From Ferruginibacter sp. (lineage in GTDB: Bacteria; Bacteroidota; Bacteroidia; Chitinophagales; Chitinophagaceae): a stretch of 64,000 nt of DNA. Below, piece after piece: positions 30,801 through 39,748 of this stretch; positions within the stretch are counted from its first letter, which is position 1, and every line of letters begins with the position of its first letter. Both the position numbers and the translations under genes were made by a program. Below the pieces are notes generated by a model. The model was not told the origin of the DNA. It was given only the letters and a program-made list of their open reading frames with translations, and did no database searches. The stretch spans positions 195 through 64,194 of the forward strand of contig JAYUZL010000234.1 of assembly GCA_043751875.1 (NCBI GenBank), read 5' to 3'.

Positions 30801-31500
30801 GGAAAATATGTTGCTTTAATGTAAAAAAACCACCGTGTGGACCGTAGCTTCTAATGGGATGATGCATGGCAAAAATCACAAATTTATTATCATTTTTTTC
30901 CATGATATCTTTTAATTGTGTAATGACCTCTGCCTTTGTTTTGTAAGGACAGTCAGATTCTACACCCGGTTTTTCAAATTCCTGTAACCACCATTGCGAA
31001 TCAACCATAACAAGTGTTACATCATCATTTATTTTTTCTTCTACAGGGCCGGGACAGCCGTTTCTTGGTAATTGGCGGATATATTTATTTCCCAAAACAT
31101 CAATATAATTCTGCACTCTTAAAATAGATTCATATCCAATTCTTGAACCGTTTGCCCAGTCATGATTACCTGGTATAAAAAATACATTTACCGGTGCTTT
31201 ACCTGCAATTTCAATTTGGGAATCTAATGGTGCTTTTGCAATTTCATAGGTTGGCATTGCATTATCCGGCAAGCCTGTTTTATATAAATTATCTCCCAAA
31301 AATATAATAGTTGTTTTACTATCCATCGGCACAATTTTTTTTGCAGCATTTACAACAGGGTGTCTCCCATTTATTAATTGCCCACCATCGCCTATTAACA
31401 ATATTCTTGCCTGCACGCTGTCAATATCTTTTAAGGTTTGCGCATTCAAGCGTGGTATGGATACAAACAATATTAAAATTAAAAGTAAATTCCTGGTCAT
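27841..31500 (-). CDS. Secreted metallophosphoesterase fused to an Omp85 (BamA/TamA-type) beta-barrel
   Basis: Signal peptide; calcineurin-like IGD, LGDNLY, PGNHDW, HHP, SGHEH; LRGY...RF.G barrel loop motif; C-terminal Phe. Confidence 0.87.
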   Translation of the reverse strand: MTRNLLLILILFVSIPRLNAQTLKDIDSVQARILLIGDGGQLINGRHPVVNAAKKIVPMDSKTTIIFLGDNLYKTGLPDNAMPTYEIAKAPLDSQIEIAGKAPVNVFFIPGNHDWANGSRIGYESILRVQNYIDVLGNKYIRQLPRNGCPGPVEEKINDDVTLVMVDSQWWLQEFEKPGVESDCPYKTKAEVITQLKDIMEKNDNKFVIFAMHHPIRSYGPHGGFFTLKQHIFPFTDAFPKLYIPLPIIGSGYPLTRAVFGTTQDLKHPLYQEMINAFESVVKGHKNVIFVSGHEHTLQLIKDTNYINIVSGSGSKNSRVSKSRNTVFASGDYGFVTLDVLKNKSVRSTFYNVDGDNVKEVYSKNILDFSKVKVLKGVSDTLREPDFIFKDSAVISASDRYKKEKKIKDALLGKNYRREWNTPVQFKVFNLRKERGGFVIKGIGGGKQTKSLKLEDKNGKEWTLRTIDKDPEKAVPENLRGTIGQAIVVDVISASSPYAPLTIPVLAKAAGVPAANPQFFFVPDDPAFGYYRPVFKNTVCLLEEKQPTPDETDTKSTNSVINKLLEQNDHHIDQPAVLRARLLDMLIGDFDRHADQWKWGTKDTGKGKVYYPVPKDRDQAYFNSNGLLLKYLSNNSMPFLQGFKSKIKDINGLNFVAKDFDRTFMNGLSREQWKSISDSFALNITNDVIKKASSKYPPEIKQFDSTFTTDKLMSRRDDLPKQAMKYYKFLARDVTVTGSNEADYFHVQNDNGGIKLSVYNKNKDGDTTVLNYSRTFLHKETKELVLYGLNGNDKFVVDDDVSSKIKLRIVGGKGNDTFNLGGNIKKTLYDLSTEKNIIVKSRRTEKRLSTNPQILDYKNTGFQYDKFVFPQVNFGFNAEDKVLLGIGFSSKKFGFRKDPYASLQKFTSLAAINRGAFQFKYDGIFNHVFRTNDLVINGELLTPTLSNFFGYGNQSTHNKSLPLSYYRTRYKYGSFDVAFRKRFNDIFQFSAGPSYFRYWNDFQDNKNRILSVPTNIGRDSASLYSTKEYLGGRVKLDINYVNNEIFPTRGITWFTSFTSLKGLHKNSKAITDVQSDMTIYASISDLSKVSGVLRFGGGRIFSKDFEFFQAKTLGVQNYLRGYRRNRFSGKGMAYGSGELRFKIFKSKSFVLPGDVGILSFADFGRVWQDNENSKKWHNSFGGGLYFIPFNLIAISATVAFSKEERLFNFSLGTKFNLTF

Positions 31501-32359
31501 TTATTTTGTCTTTTTGTTGTTTAAAAGTAACAGTGTTCCATAACCTTGAAGGTAACTTCGTTGGATAAGATTAGGTTAACTTCCGGCGTAAATGTCATTC
31601 CTTCAGTTTGTTTGTATATTTTAGGATCCAACTTTATTACATCTTTTATTTTACCCTGCGGGGCTTGATAAAAAGCTAATTTATTTACCGAACACAATTT
31701 GTACAATTTTTTTGTAATTGGATTTATAGCAGCAGTTGGTTTAATTTTTTCTTTTTTACTTTCAATTTTTTCGAATGATGGTTCTGTCACCGTGGTTTTA
31801 TAATTTACAAACTGATGTGCCAAATCGCTAAAATAAAATGAAGAAAGATGAGTCTTTTTATCATCTGCACATTGTTTGGATAAAATGATTTTCTTATTGC
31901 TGTCAGATGGATAATACATAGATTCAAATTCATTCACTTTTTTTGAAGTATTTAAAAAATTAACTTTACCAAAAGCTATTTTATCATCTGCTAAAGTGAT
32001 TTTATTAATATCCCCATTGGTTACTATTACATAAAAAAAACTATCCCTACAAGCAATATCTCCAAAAGCCCTTTGTTTATCAAAACTACTCACATTAACC
32101 TCCTAAGGTCTGTTTGAGGAAACTTTAAACAACAATCCATATTTATTAATTATCGCAAAAACACTGGTGTCTTTTTGGTAGTAACTTATTGCTGAAATTT
32201 CATCTAGTTTCCGGGATAAATTATTTTAGGCTGAGCAAAATCATAACTACCATCTGTATTATCAAACTTTTCTTTTTGAACTTTTACATTACGACCAAAA
32301 ACAAATAACGGCCTTACGGCAATTAAAAAAATTAGTTTAATTTTAGGCAGTTTTTTCAT
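31501..32359 (-). pseudogene. SdiA-regulated/YjiK-like beta-propeller protein pseudogene
   Basis: Pieces YDFAQPK / LDEISAISYY...VFAI / AAINPITKKLY / EGMTFTPE.NLILSNE split by frameshifts and a TAG; probable original TAA at 31503-31501 abuts ATG 31500. Confidence 0.75.
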
Positions 32360-32481
32360 TTGCTGTGCTTTCTAAGATTGCCTAAAACCAACAAACATGC
32401 CAAGCCATTCTACCGCATTGGGGAATAGATGAGATATATTTTTATACGCTATTTTAATTTTTTGGGCAATGCATTGCACAC

Positions 32482-33066
32482 TTATTCTGTAAACCCCCAT
32501 TGTGTTTTTAAATTATTATATGCGGCTCCCGTTAATTTAATATGATCAAAATGTCCTGCAATTTTTTTCTGCCGATACGCTTCATAAAGTGTGACTGCAC
32601 AGGCTACAGATATATTTAGAGATTTTATAATCCCAACTTGCGGTATTATAAAATTACCGTCGGCCATACTAATAATTTCTTCGCCTACACCACTGTGTTC
32701 ATTCCCAAAAATAAGAGCTACCGATTCAGTAAGGTCTAATTCATACATCTCAACAGCATCTGTGCTTAAATGTGTAGTATAAATTTTAGAGAATTTTTTT
32801 CGTAATGCCTCAAAACAATCTTCGGCATTTGTAAACTGGTGCACTGTTAGCCACTTTGCAGCACTTGAGGAACTTTTGGCGCTCCACATTTCGTGTAGAC
32901 CAATTTTTGTATTTAAAATATAAACATCTTGTACACCAACCGCATCGCAAGTGCGCATAACTGCAGATATATTATGTGGATCACTTACATTTTCCAGCAC
33001 AACCGTTAGCCCTGGTTGTCGTTTAGCAAGTACCGTTGCAAGTCGTTCAGTCCTTTCAGGAGTCAT
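32482..33066 (-). CDS. trmH: tRNA (guanosine-18-2'-O)-methyltransferase, SpoU/TrmH family
   Basis: LENVSDPHN.SAVMRTCDA, FGNEHSG, SLNISVA. Confidence 0.88.
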   Translation of the reverse strand: MTPERTERLATVLAKRQPGLTVVLENVSDPHNISAVMRTCDAVGVQDVYILNTKIGLHEMWSAKSSSSAAKWLTVHQFTNAEDCFEALRKKFSKIYTTHLSTDAVEMYELDLTESVALIFGNEHSGVGEEIISMADGNFIIPQVGIIKSLNISVACAVTLYEAYRQKKIAGHFDHIKLTGAAYNNLKTQWGFTE

Positions 33067-33116
33067 AACGTCAAAAATACGAATTTAACAGCCCCTATAA
33101 AACCAAGATCAAACTT

Positions 33117-33646
33117 TTATAATTTTAATTCCCCTTTTACTCCATTTTCTATTGCTTTTTCAGGTAACAATTGAAGTTGCAATTTTTAAAACCTGTACTA
33201 TTTTGCTATATCTGGTTTGCATGTATTTAAAAATTTTTGTTTGAAATCAAACAAAGATAATTTTGCACCTCAAAAAAGGTCCTGAAAACATCTTTTTGCC
33301 CAATCACTCCAAAGTGCTTTTATTTTACTATGGCTATTTGAAATCACAACAATACTAAAAACATTAAAATATTTGCTGCTGTCTGAATTAATAATGAGAA
33401 CTGAACCTGCATATAGTGTTTTATTTCTCAGTTTTTATCTGAATTCATATAATAAAAAATAAATTTTACCATCTTTGTCTACAGCCTGCAAAGCCATTAG
33501 AAGACTTGAGATTAGTGCTTATCATGCAGAGACTGTAAACATAACTTTCCTTGCTCTTAATGCCAGTTCTTTTTTAATATTTCAATAGTTTTTTTGCCTG
33601 TTACATCCTGTATATTATTTTCATTATCATGAAAGTTGTCTTCCAT
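33117..33646 (-). pseudogene. Pyridoxamine 5'-phosphate oxidase-like (general stress protein 26) pseudogene
   Basis: Hand translation: ...ELALRARKVMFT...MALQAVDKDGKIYF...KIKALWSDWAK...FLKIATSIVT/KAIENGVKGELKL*; many stops and frameshifts; absent from the ORF track. Confidence 0.7.
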
Positions 33647-33735
33647 AAAAACTTATACAAAAAAATAATAATTATACTATTCTAACAATGCCTTTAGCGG
33701 TTGTTGTAAATTAAAGAAGTTTTTTATCCTATTTT

Positions 33736-34263
33736 TTACTTTATTTTAATGAAAGGTCTTAACATATAAGCAGCAGACCCGTTTTGACTAACAGACATTG
33801 CAGCATCAAAATCTAATAACAAAAGATTTATGCCTACAGTAAGTTTCTTACTAAACTTTATTTTTAAACCTGATTCCCCACCACTAGGTATATTCAATGG
33901 ATAAACAACTCCGTTATTTTTTACAGTATTATTACTTCCCAATCTTAATCTGATTTCTTTTGTTTGTCTTTCAGGTATAACATCGGTAGCGAGGAATGTA
34001 TCAAGACCATTTTGCAGGGAAAGTAAATTATAAATACCCGCTGTTGTCTTTAAATTAACCCAATTTAAAGTTGAATCATTATTATCATCTCTCTACTTGA
34101 TACTTACTGACTGTATATCAACATTTACCTGTTCAAGGGCTGTTGGCGCATCTGTAAGTCGCACTTGCAAGGTAGATGGTGTGTCATTATTACTTTTAGA
34201 GCAGGATGAAAACCCTAAAATACTAAGTGCGGCAACAGCCAAAGGCAAAACTTTTATTTTCAT
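33736..34263 (-). pseudogene. DUF4382-domain lipoprotein interrupted by one in-frame TAG
   Basis: Lipobox FSSC, VRLTDAP, VNVDI, YNLL.L.NG, EIRLRLG, SGLKIK, LLDFDA..S, LRP; TAG at 34095-34093, both ORF pieces in one frame. Confidence 0.82.
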
Positions 34264-34495
34264 AACATAAATTTTGACGCCTTTTGAAAAAATTATGCCA
34301 CAAAATTTCACTAAACAATGTTTTCATATTGTTTAAAAAAATGTCTATATTATACCTTTCAAATCAATTTGTTGCAATCAGACTGGCTTTTTATTAGATA
34401 TTTTTTTTGGGGCTTAATAATTGTAAACATCTAAATACAATTTATTTCTACTGTTAAAAATATTTCATTGTGCATCAATCCTATTTAATTACAAT

Positions 34496-37400
34496 ATGAA
34501 TGAAATTAATTACAAATCCTTTTTTGAGCAGTTGCCTGTTGCGGAATTGGTTCTTGATACAGATTTCAAAATTATTACAGCATCTGATTTGTTTTTGAAA
34601 ACTACAAAAACAACGTTGAAAGATATTGAAGGTAAAAATATTTCTGCTGTTTACCTGCAAAACCCCGAAGACACAACGGAAAAAGATAACATTACTGAGT
34701 CATTAAAAAAGGTTTTACAAAACAAAATAAAAGACAAAATTACAATTGAAAAATATGAATTGATAAAACCAAGCGATAATGACAATACTGCGGAGAAAAA
34801 ATATTGGCAATTGTTTCACAATCCTATTTTTGACGAAGCCAACAATGTAAAATATATAGTGCAGGTGGTTGAAGAAGTTTCAGAATTTGAAGATCTTGCA
34901 GAACAGCTGGCCTCTGAAGAAAAAAAACTTATCAAGATTGAAGCAGGTAACGAGCGCTATTATAAACTTCTGATGAACTCTCCTTTTGCATTTTGTATTT
35001 TAAAAGGCAATGATTTAATTATTAGTCTTGCTAACGATTTAATGAAGACGTTTTGGGGCAAAGGAAAAACCGTTGAAGGCAAATCGCTGTTAGAAATATT
35101 ACCCGAAATTATTGATCAACCTTTTCCAGATTTAATTCGCCAGGTTTTAACAACCGGCAAGCCGTTTTATGTAAATGAAATTTTGGCAAAATTAGAGCAC
35201 AATGGTATTTTAGAGGATAACTATTTTAACATTGTTTACCAGCCATATCATGAAGCAGACCAAACCATAACAGGCGTTACGACCATTGCTTATGAGGTTA
35301 CAGAAATGGTAATGGCACGAAAAAAAAATCAGAAGAATGAGCAATTTAGCCGTTCAATTTTAGACAGCAGTCCAGATTGTATAAAGATTATTGATAAGGA
35401 AGGTAAGATTGAATTTATGAACGATAATGGCCTTAGTCTTTTAGAGATGGATGATTTTACAGAGGCTAAAAATAAAAATTGGTGGGATTTGTGGGAGGAG
35501 GAGGATAAGCCATTGATTAAGAATGCGATTTCACAAGCATTGGCAAAAGAAAAAGTACATTTTCAGGCAAGTGGCAATACCGTGAAGAATAATTTCAAAT
35601 GGTGGGATGTAATTATTTTGCCCCTACAATTCAGTGAAGGAACACAAGAAGTTGAAAAACTCCTTACCGTATCACGAGATATTACAGATTATAAAAAAGC
35701 TAATTTAAAGATTGTTGCCAGTGAAAATAAATATCGGCAGATGATTTATTCATCCCCGTTTTTGATAGCTATTTTAAAAGGCGACAATTTTATTATTGAT
35801 ATTGCAAATGATGCCATATTGGAAGTATGGGGAAAAGGTAAAGAGGTGATTGGTAAATCGCTGCTGGCTATTTTACCCGAAATTATAGACCAGGGTTTTG
35901 AAAAAATATTAATCAATGTTTTTACCAAAGGCGAAACTTTTGAGGCCAATGAAATGCCGATAAGTTTGCAACGTAATGGCGTTTTGGAAATACTGTATTT
36001 TTCATTTGTATACCAGGCACAAAAAAATATAGATGGAGTAATAGAGGGTATTTCAATTATAGCAAATGAAGTAACGCCGCAGGCTATCATCAATAAAAAA
36101 ATTAAGGCAAGTGAAGAACAATTTAGATTGTTGGTGCAGCAGGCACCCGTTGCAATTTGTGTGCTGATCGGCAAAGATTATATAATAGAAACCGTAAACG
36201 AGTCTATGGTGAACATGTGGAACCGGAGTATGGATGAAGTAATAAACAAACCTGCTTTTGATGTATTAACTGAATTAAGAGACCAAGGGTTTAAAGAATT
36301 GCTGGACAATGTGTATGATACCGGAATTTCTTTTGTGGCAGAAGAACTTGCAATAAACTTACAAAGAAATGGAACGCTGCAAAATGCTTTCGTAAAATTT
36401 GTGTACGAACCATTAAAGGATGCAAATGGATCTATAAAAGGTATTATGGCACTTGCTATTGAAATTACTGAACAGGTGCATGCACGTAAAAAAATTGAGG
36501 AGAGCGAAAAGCATTTCAGGCAACTGTCGGATATGATGCCTGCGAAAATAAGCAATACCGACGTAAATGGAAATTTGTTGTATTTTAATAGAAAGTGGCT
36601 TGATTATACCGGTAAAAGTTTTGAAGAATTAAGAAACTTTGGCTTCCACAGCATCATGCATCCAGATGAGATGGAAGAATTTTCGACAAAGTTTTTGTAT
36701 GCGAATAAAAACAAGATTCCGCTTAAAATGGAAATGCGGTTTTTAAACAAAAATGGGCAATACAAATGGCATTTAAACCTTGCCTCCCCCATAATTAATG
36801 AAGAGGGAGAAATAACCATGTGGATAGGCTCTACAACTGAAATACATGAACAGATCACACAAAAAGAATTGCTTAAAAATGCAGTAAAAGAAAGAACTGT
36901 TGATCTGGAAATTGCTAACAAAGAATTGGTCTATCAAAACTCACAAAAAGAAAAAGCATCTGCTGAACTAAGCCTTGCGAATACAGCGTTAGCCCTTCAA
37001 AATGAAGAAAAAGAAAAAATATCCGTAGAACTGGTAAACTTAAATAAAGAGCTGCATTCTTTTACCTATGTAGCAAGCCACGATCTGCAGGAGCCACTTA
37101 GAAAAATAAAGCTTTTTACCGAGAGAATTACACATTTAGAACAAGAGAAATTATCAACTGACGGTAAAGATTATTTTAAACGAATTCACAAAGCTGTAGA
37201 TCGTATGCAGCAACTGATAGATGATTTGCTTGCATTTTCAAAAACAAATACAACGGAAAGAATATTTGTTCGTACCAACTTAAAAAATATTATTAATGAA
37301 GTAAAAGAAGAGTTGAAAGAAACCATTGAAGAAAAAAATGTGGTGATAGAAATTGGGCAAATGTGCCATGCGGCTATCATTGTATTTCAATTTAGGCAGT

Positions 37401-37750
37401 TAATGTATAACCTGATAAGCAATGCTATTAAGTTTTCTGTACCGGGCGTTGCGCCACATATAATAATTAACAGCTTTATAATTAAAGGAACAGAGATTAG
37501 GGACGAGAATATTATTCCTGAAAAAATGTATTGCCACATTTCAGTAAAAGACAATGGAATTGGTTTTGAGCAGGAATTCAGCAGGCGTATTTTTGAGGTT
37601 TTTCAAAGATTACACGGCAAAGAACAGTACAACGGTACCGGTATTGGTTTAGCTATTGTAAAAAAAATAGTAGAGAACCACAATGGAATAATTAGTGCTA
37701 CCAGTAATTTAAGCGAAGGAGCTACTTTTAATATTTATTTGCCTGTTTAA
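34496..37750 (+). CDS. Cytoplasmic multi-PAS sensor histidine kinase
   Basis: Six PAS/PAC repeats; H-box SHDLQEPLRKI; NLISNAIKF, DNGIG, FEVFQRL, GTGIGL. Confidence 0.93.
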   Translation: MNEINYKSFFEQLPVAELVLDTDFKIITASDLFLKTTKTTLKDIEGKNISAVYLQNPEDTTEKDNITESLKKVLQNKIKDKITIEKYELIKPSDNDNTAEKKYWQLFHNPIFDEANNVKYIVQVVEEVSEFEDLAEQLASEEKKLIKIEAGNERYYKLLMNSPFAFCILKGNDLIISLANDLMKTFWGKGKTVEGKSLLEILPEIIDQPFPDLIRQVLTTGKPFYVNEILAKLEHNGILEDNYFNIVYQPYHEADQTITGVTTIAYEVTEMVMARKKNQKNEQFSRSILDSSPDCIKIIDKEGKIEFMNDNGLSLLEMDDFTEAKNKNWWDLWEEEDKPLIKNAISQALAKEKVHFQASGNTVKNNFKWWDVIILPLQFSEGTQEVEKLLTVSRDITDYKKANLKIVASENKYRQMIYSSPFLIAILKGDNFIIDIANDAILEVWGKGKEVIGKSLLAILPEIIDQGFEKILINVFTKGETFEANEMPISLQRNGVLEILYFSFVYQAQKNIDGVIEGISIIANEVTPQAIINKKIKASEEQFRLLVQQAPVAICVLIGKDYIIETVNESMVNMWNRSMDEVINKPAFDVLTELRDQGFKELLDNVYDTGISFVAEELAINLQRNGTLQNAFVKFVYEPLKDANGSIKGIMALAIEITEQVHARKKIEESEKHFRQLSDMMPAKISNTDVNGNLLYFNRKWLDYTGKSFEELRNFGFHSIMHPDEMEEFSTKFLYANKNKIPLKMEMRFLNKNGQYKWHLNLASPIINEEGEITMWIGSTTEIHEQITQKELLKNAVKERTVDLEIANKELVYQNSQKEKASAELSLANTALALQNEEKEKISVELVNLNKELHSFTYVASHDLQEPLRKIKLFTERITHLEQEKLSTDGKDYFKRIHKAVDRMQQLIDDLLAFSKTNTTERIFVRTNLKNIINEVKEELKETIEEKNVVIEIGQMCHAAIIVFQFRQLMYNLISNAIKFSVPGVAPHIIINSFIIKGTEIRDENIIPEKMYCHISVKDNGIGFEQEFSRRIFEVFQRLHGKEQYNGTGIGLAIVKKIVENHNGIISATSNLSEGATFNIYLPV

Positions 37751-38289
37751 AAAGTTTTTTTATTACTAATAGTCTGTGGCACCTGAATGCCGGTTGTTAA
37801 ACTGAGAAGGCCGTTATTCGATATAACAAAGGGAAATTAGCCAGCCTAACATACGCAATGTCCCACAAACAAAAAAACGTTTCTGCGAAGTGATTTTTTA
37901 AGACCTTAAAGATTTTTTGAGTACGCCCCCACCCCCAAAACATTAATTTCTTTCATATACCAGCCAGTTTTTTGGTTAATCACAAATAAGTTTTAATAAT
38001 TTATAATATTTGCGAGGCAATTAAAATATTTTAAAATTGCTAACGCAAAAGCAAACTGCGGGAAACATTAATAAGACATCTGCCTTTCTTTTAAACTTGC
38101 TAAACGATTTTTCTTATGCCACCGATATTTTATGTATTATCCTTTTCTTACTAAGTTTTAACAAGCAAAGATGAGTGTGGCAATTCTTAGTAGTTTGTTT
38201 ACTGATATTCAAGTTTTGAGCGTTTATTTTATGGGTTTAAAATAATTGATTGTAATAAAATAATTTTTTAATCCCTGTCGATGAACAAA

Positions 38290-39072
38290 TTATTTTTTAA
38301 CTTTTTTCAAAGGAATTGAATGTAGTGTTTCTTCCAAAAATTCGACTTTTCCTGTATGAATATCATAAACAGCACCAACAATAATAATTTCACCATCTTT
38401 ATATTTTTTATGCAAGATCGGATCTAAGTCTCTAAGATTATTTACCTGGTCTATCACATTTTGTCGTACTGCATTGTTTACGGGGTTACCCGGTAAGTAT
38501 GCCACTTTTGCAACAGCAGGTTTTATTTCATTAATAAGCGTTACAATATGTCCCGGAACATTTTCGGGTCTTTCAACTGCAGCCGCAACTGCACCACATT
38601 CGGTATGTCCTAAAACTACTATTAATTTGGTTTTAAGTTTTAATACTGCAAATTCCATACTACCATAAGATGCAGCGGCCGAAACTTGTCCTGCAGTACG
38701 GATAATAAAAAGGTCGCCAATTCCCTGGTCAAATATCAGTTCATTTGGCACTCGTGAATCTGAACAACCAACAATCGTAGCAAACGGTTCCTGACTGGCT
38801 TCTACACTTTTAATGGTATTGAAATCTTGTCTTGGCTTAATGGTTTTTCCTTCTGTAAAACGTTTATTTCCTCCCATCAATTTTTGTATGGCTACTCTTG
38901 GGTCTGCATAAGCAGAGTCCCTGTTTACAACATAATGTTCAATTCGCCACTTGGCAGAATCCATAACAGTTGTTTCTATTTTCTGGTTTGATACTTTTTT
39001 TGATTTTTTAATTTGCCCAAAAACTAAATTTTGACAGCAGAGTACTGCGCAAAAGATTATTATTTTTTTCAA
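38290..39072 (-). CDS. Beta-class carbonic anhydrase with signal peptide (TTG start)
   Basis: GN.RF, GCSDSRV, IFDQG.GDLF..R.AG, LGHTECGA. Confidence 0.92.
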   Translation of the reverse strand: MKKIIIFCAVLCCQNLVFGQIKKSKKVSNQKIETTVMDSAKWRIEHYVVNRDSAYADPRVAIQKLMGGNKRFTEGKTIKPRQDFNTIKSVEASQEPFATIVGCSDSRVPNELIFDQGIGDLFIIRTAGQVSAAASYGSMEFAVLKLKTKLIVVLGHTECGAVAAAVERPENVPGHIVTLINEIKPAVAKVAYLPGNPVNNAVRQNVIDQVNNLRDLDPILHKKYKDGEIIIVGAVYDIHTGKVEFLEETLHSIPLKKVKK

Positions 39073-39570
39073 TTTTTTAAAATTTTTTACCTACTTTTTT
39101 AAAACTTGTTCGGCTTGTTCGTTTATTAGTTATGTGTTTTTATTATTTCTACCGGTGATGTTAGTTTCTATACCAGCTTTTACTTACCTTATGATCAACT
39201 TTTAGTAATTTTTTTTCCTGATTTTTTTCTTACCTCTTGCCACATTAATTCTTAGAGGGGAATGGTAAAAACAGACGCTAACTTGATAATTAAAGCATTT
39301 TAAAAGTTTCGTTAGATATTTGAAACTGCTAAAAAGATTGTCTCTAACACAATATTACAGGCAACCATTCATTTTTCCTAATTACCAACTCCTACTCATT
39401 AAACGTATCATCTAATTTCAATTTTATCAATCTCTTTCATCAATCTAGCTGTTTAAGAAAGTGCAACAATTATTTTTGATAATGCAAAATATCATCATAT
39501 CATAATTCCCGACCATTGCGAAAACAGGCTGCCGTTATTTTATTGTTGATCATAACCGAGCTAAACAAAA

Positions 39571-39640
39571 GCTAGCGGATAGCAGTGCAGCCCACAATGG
39601 AGCGCAGCGGAATGAGGACGTGTAACGCAAGCCCGAACCC
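39571..39640 (+). ncRNA. Second Flavo-1-like structured intergenic element
   Basis: GCTAGCGGATAGCAGTG...TGTAACGCAAGCCCG; GC-rich patch in AT-rich DNA sharing GC(T)-GCGGATAGCA with 2679-2752. Confidence 0.45.
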
Positions 39641-39748
39641 TTGCAAAACAATAATTTGAAGCACACAGCCCAAAGCCCTTTTTTCCGCTCAAAAAAATAC
39701 ATGTTGGCATTTGTATTTATCATTACATTTAACCTTCAAAAAACTTAC

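Noticed and set aside
11752-34095. TAG reassignment or systematic readthrough, suggested by in-frame TAGs at 11752 and 34093 and in the cupin and SdiA-like remnants
   Set aside because: TAG ends intact genes at expected lengths (purE, the e(P4) phosphatase, the DUF2846-like gene), and the remnants also contain TAA stops or frameshifts. Ordinary pseudogenisation explains it.
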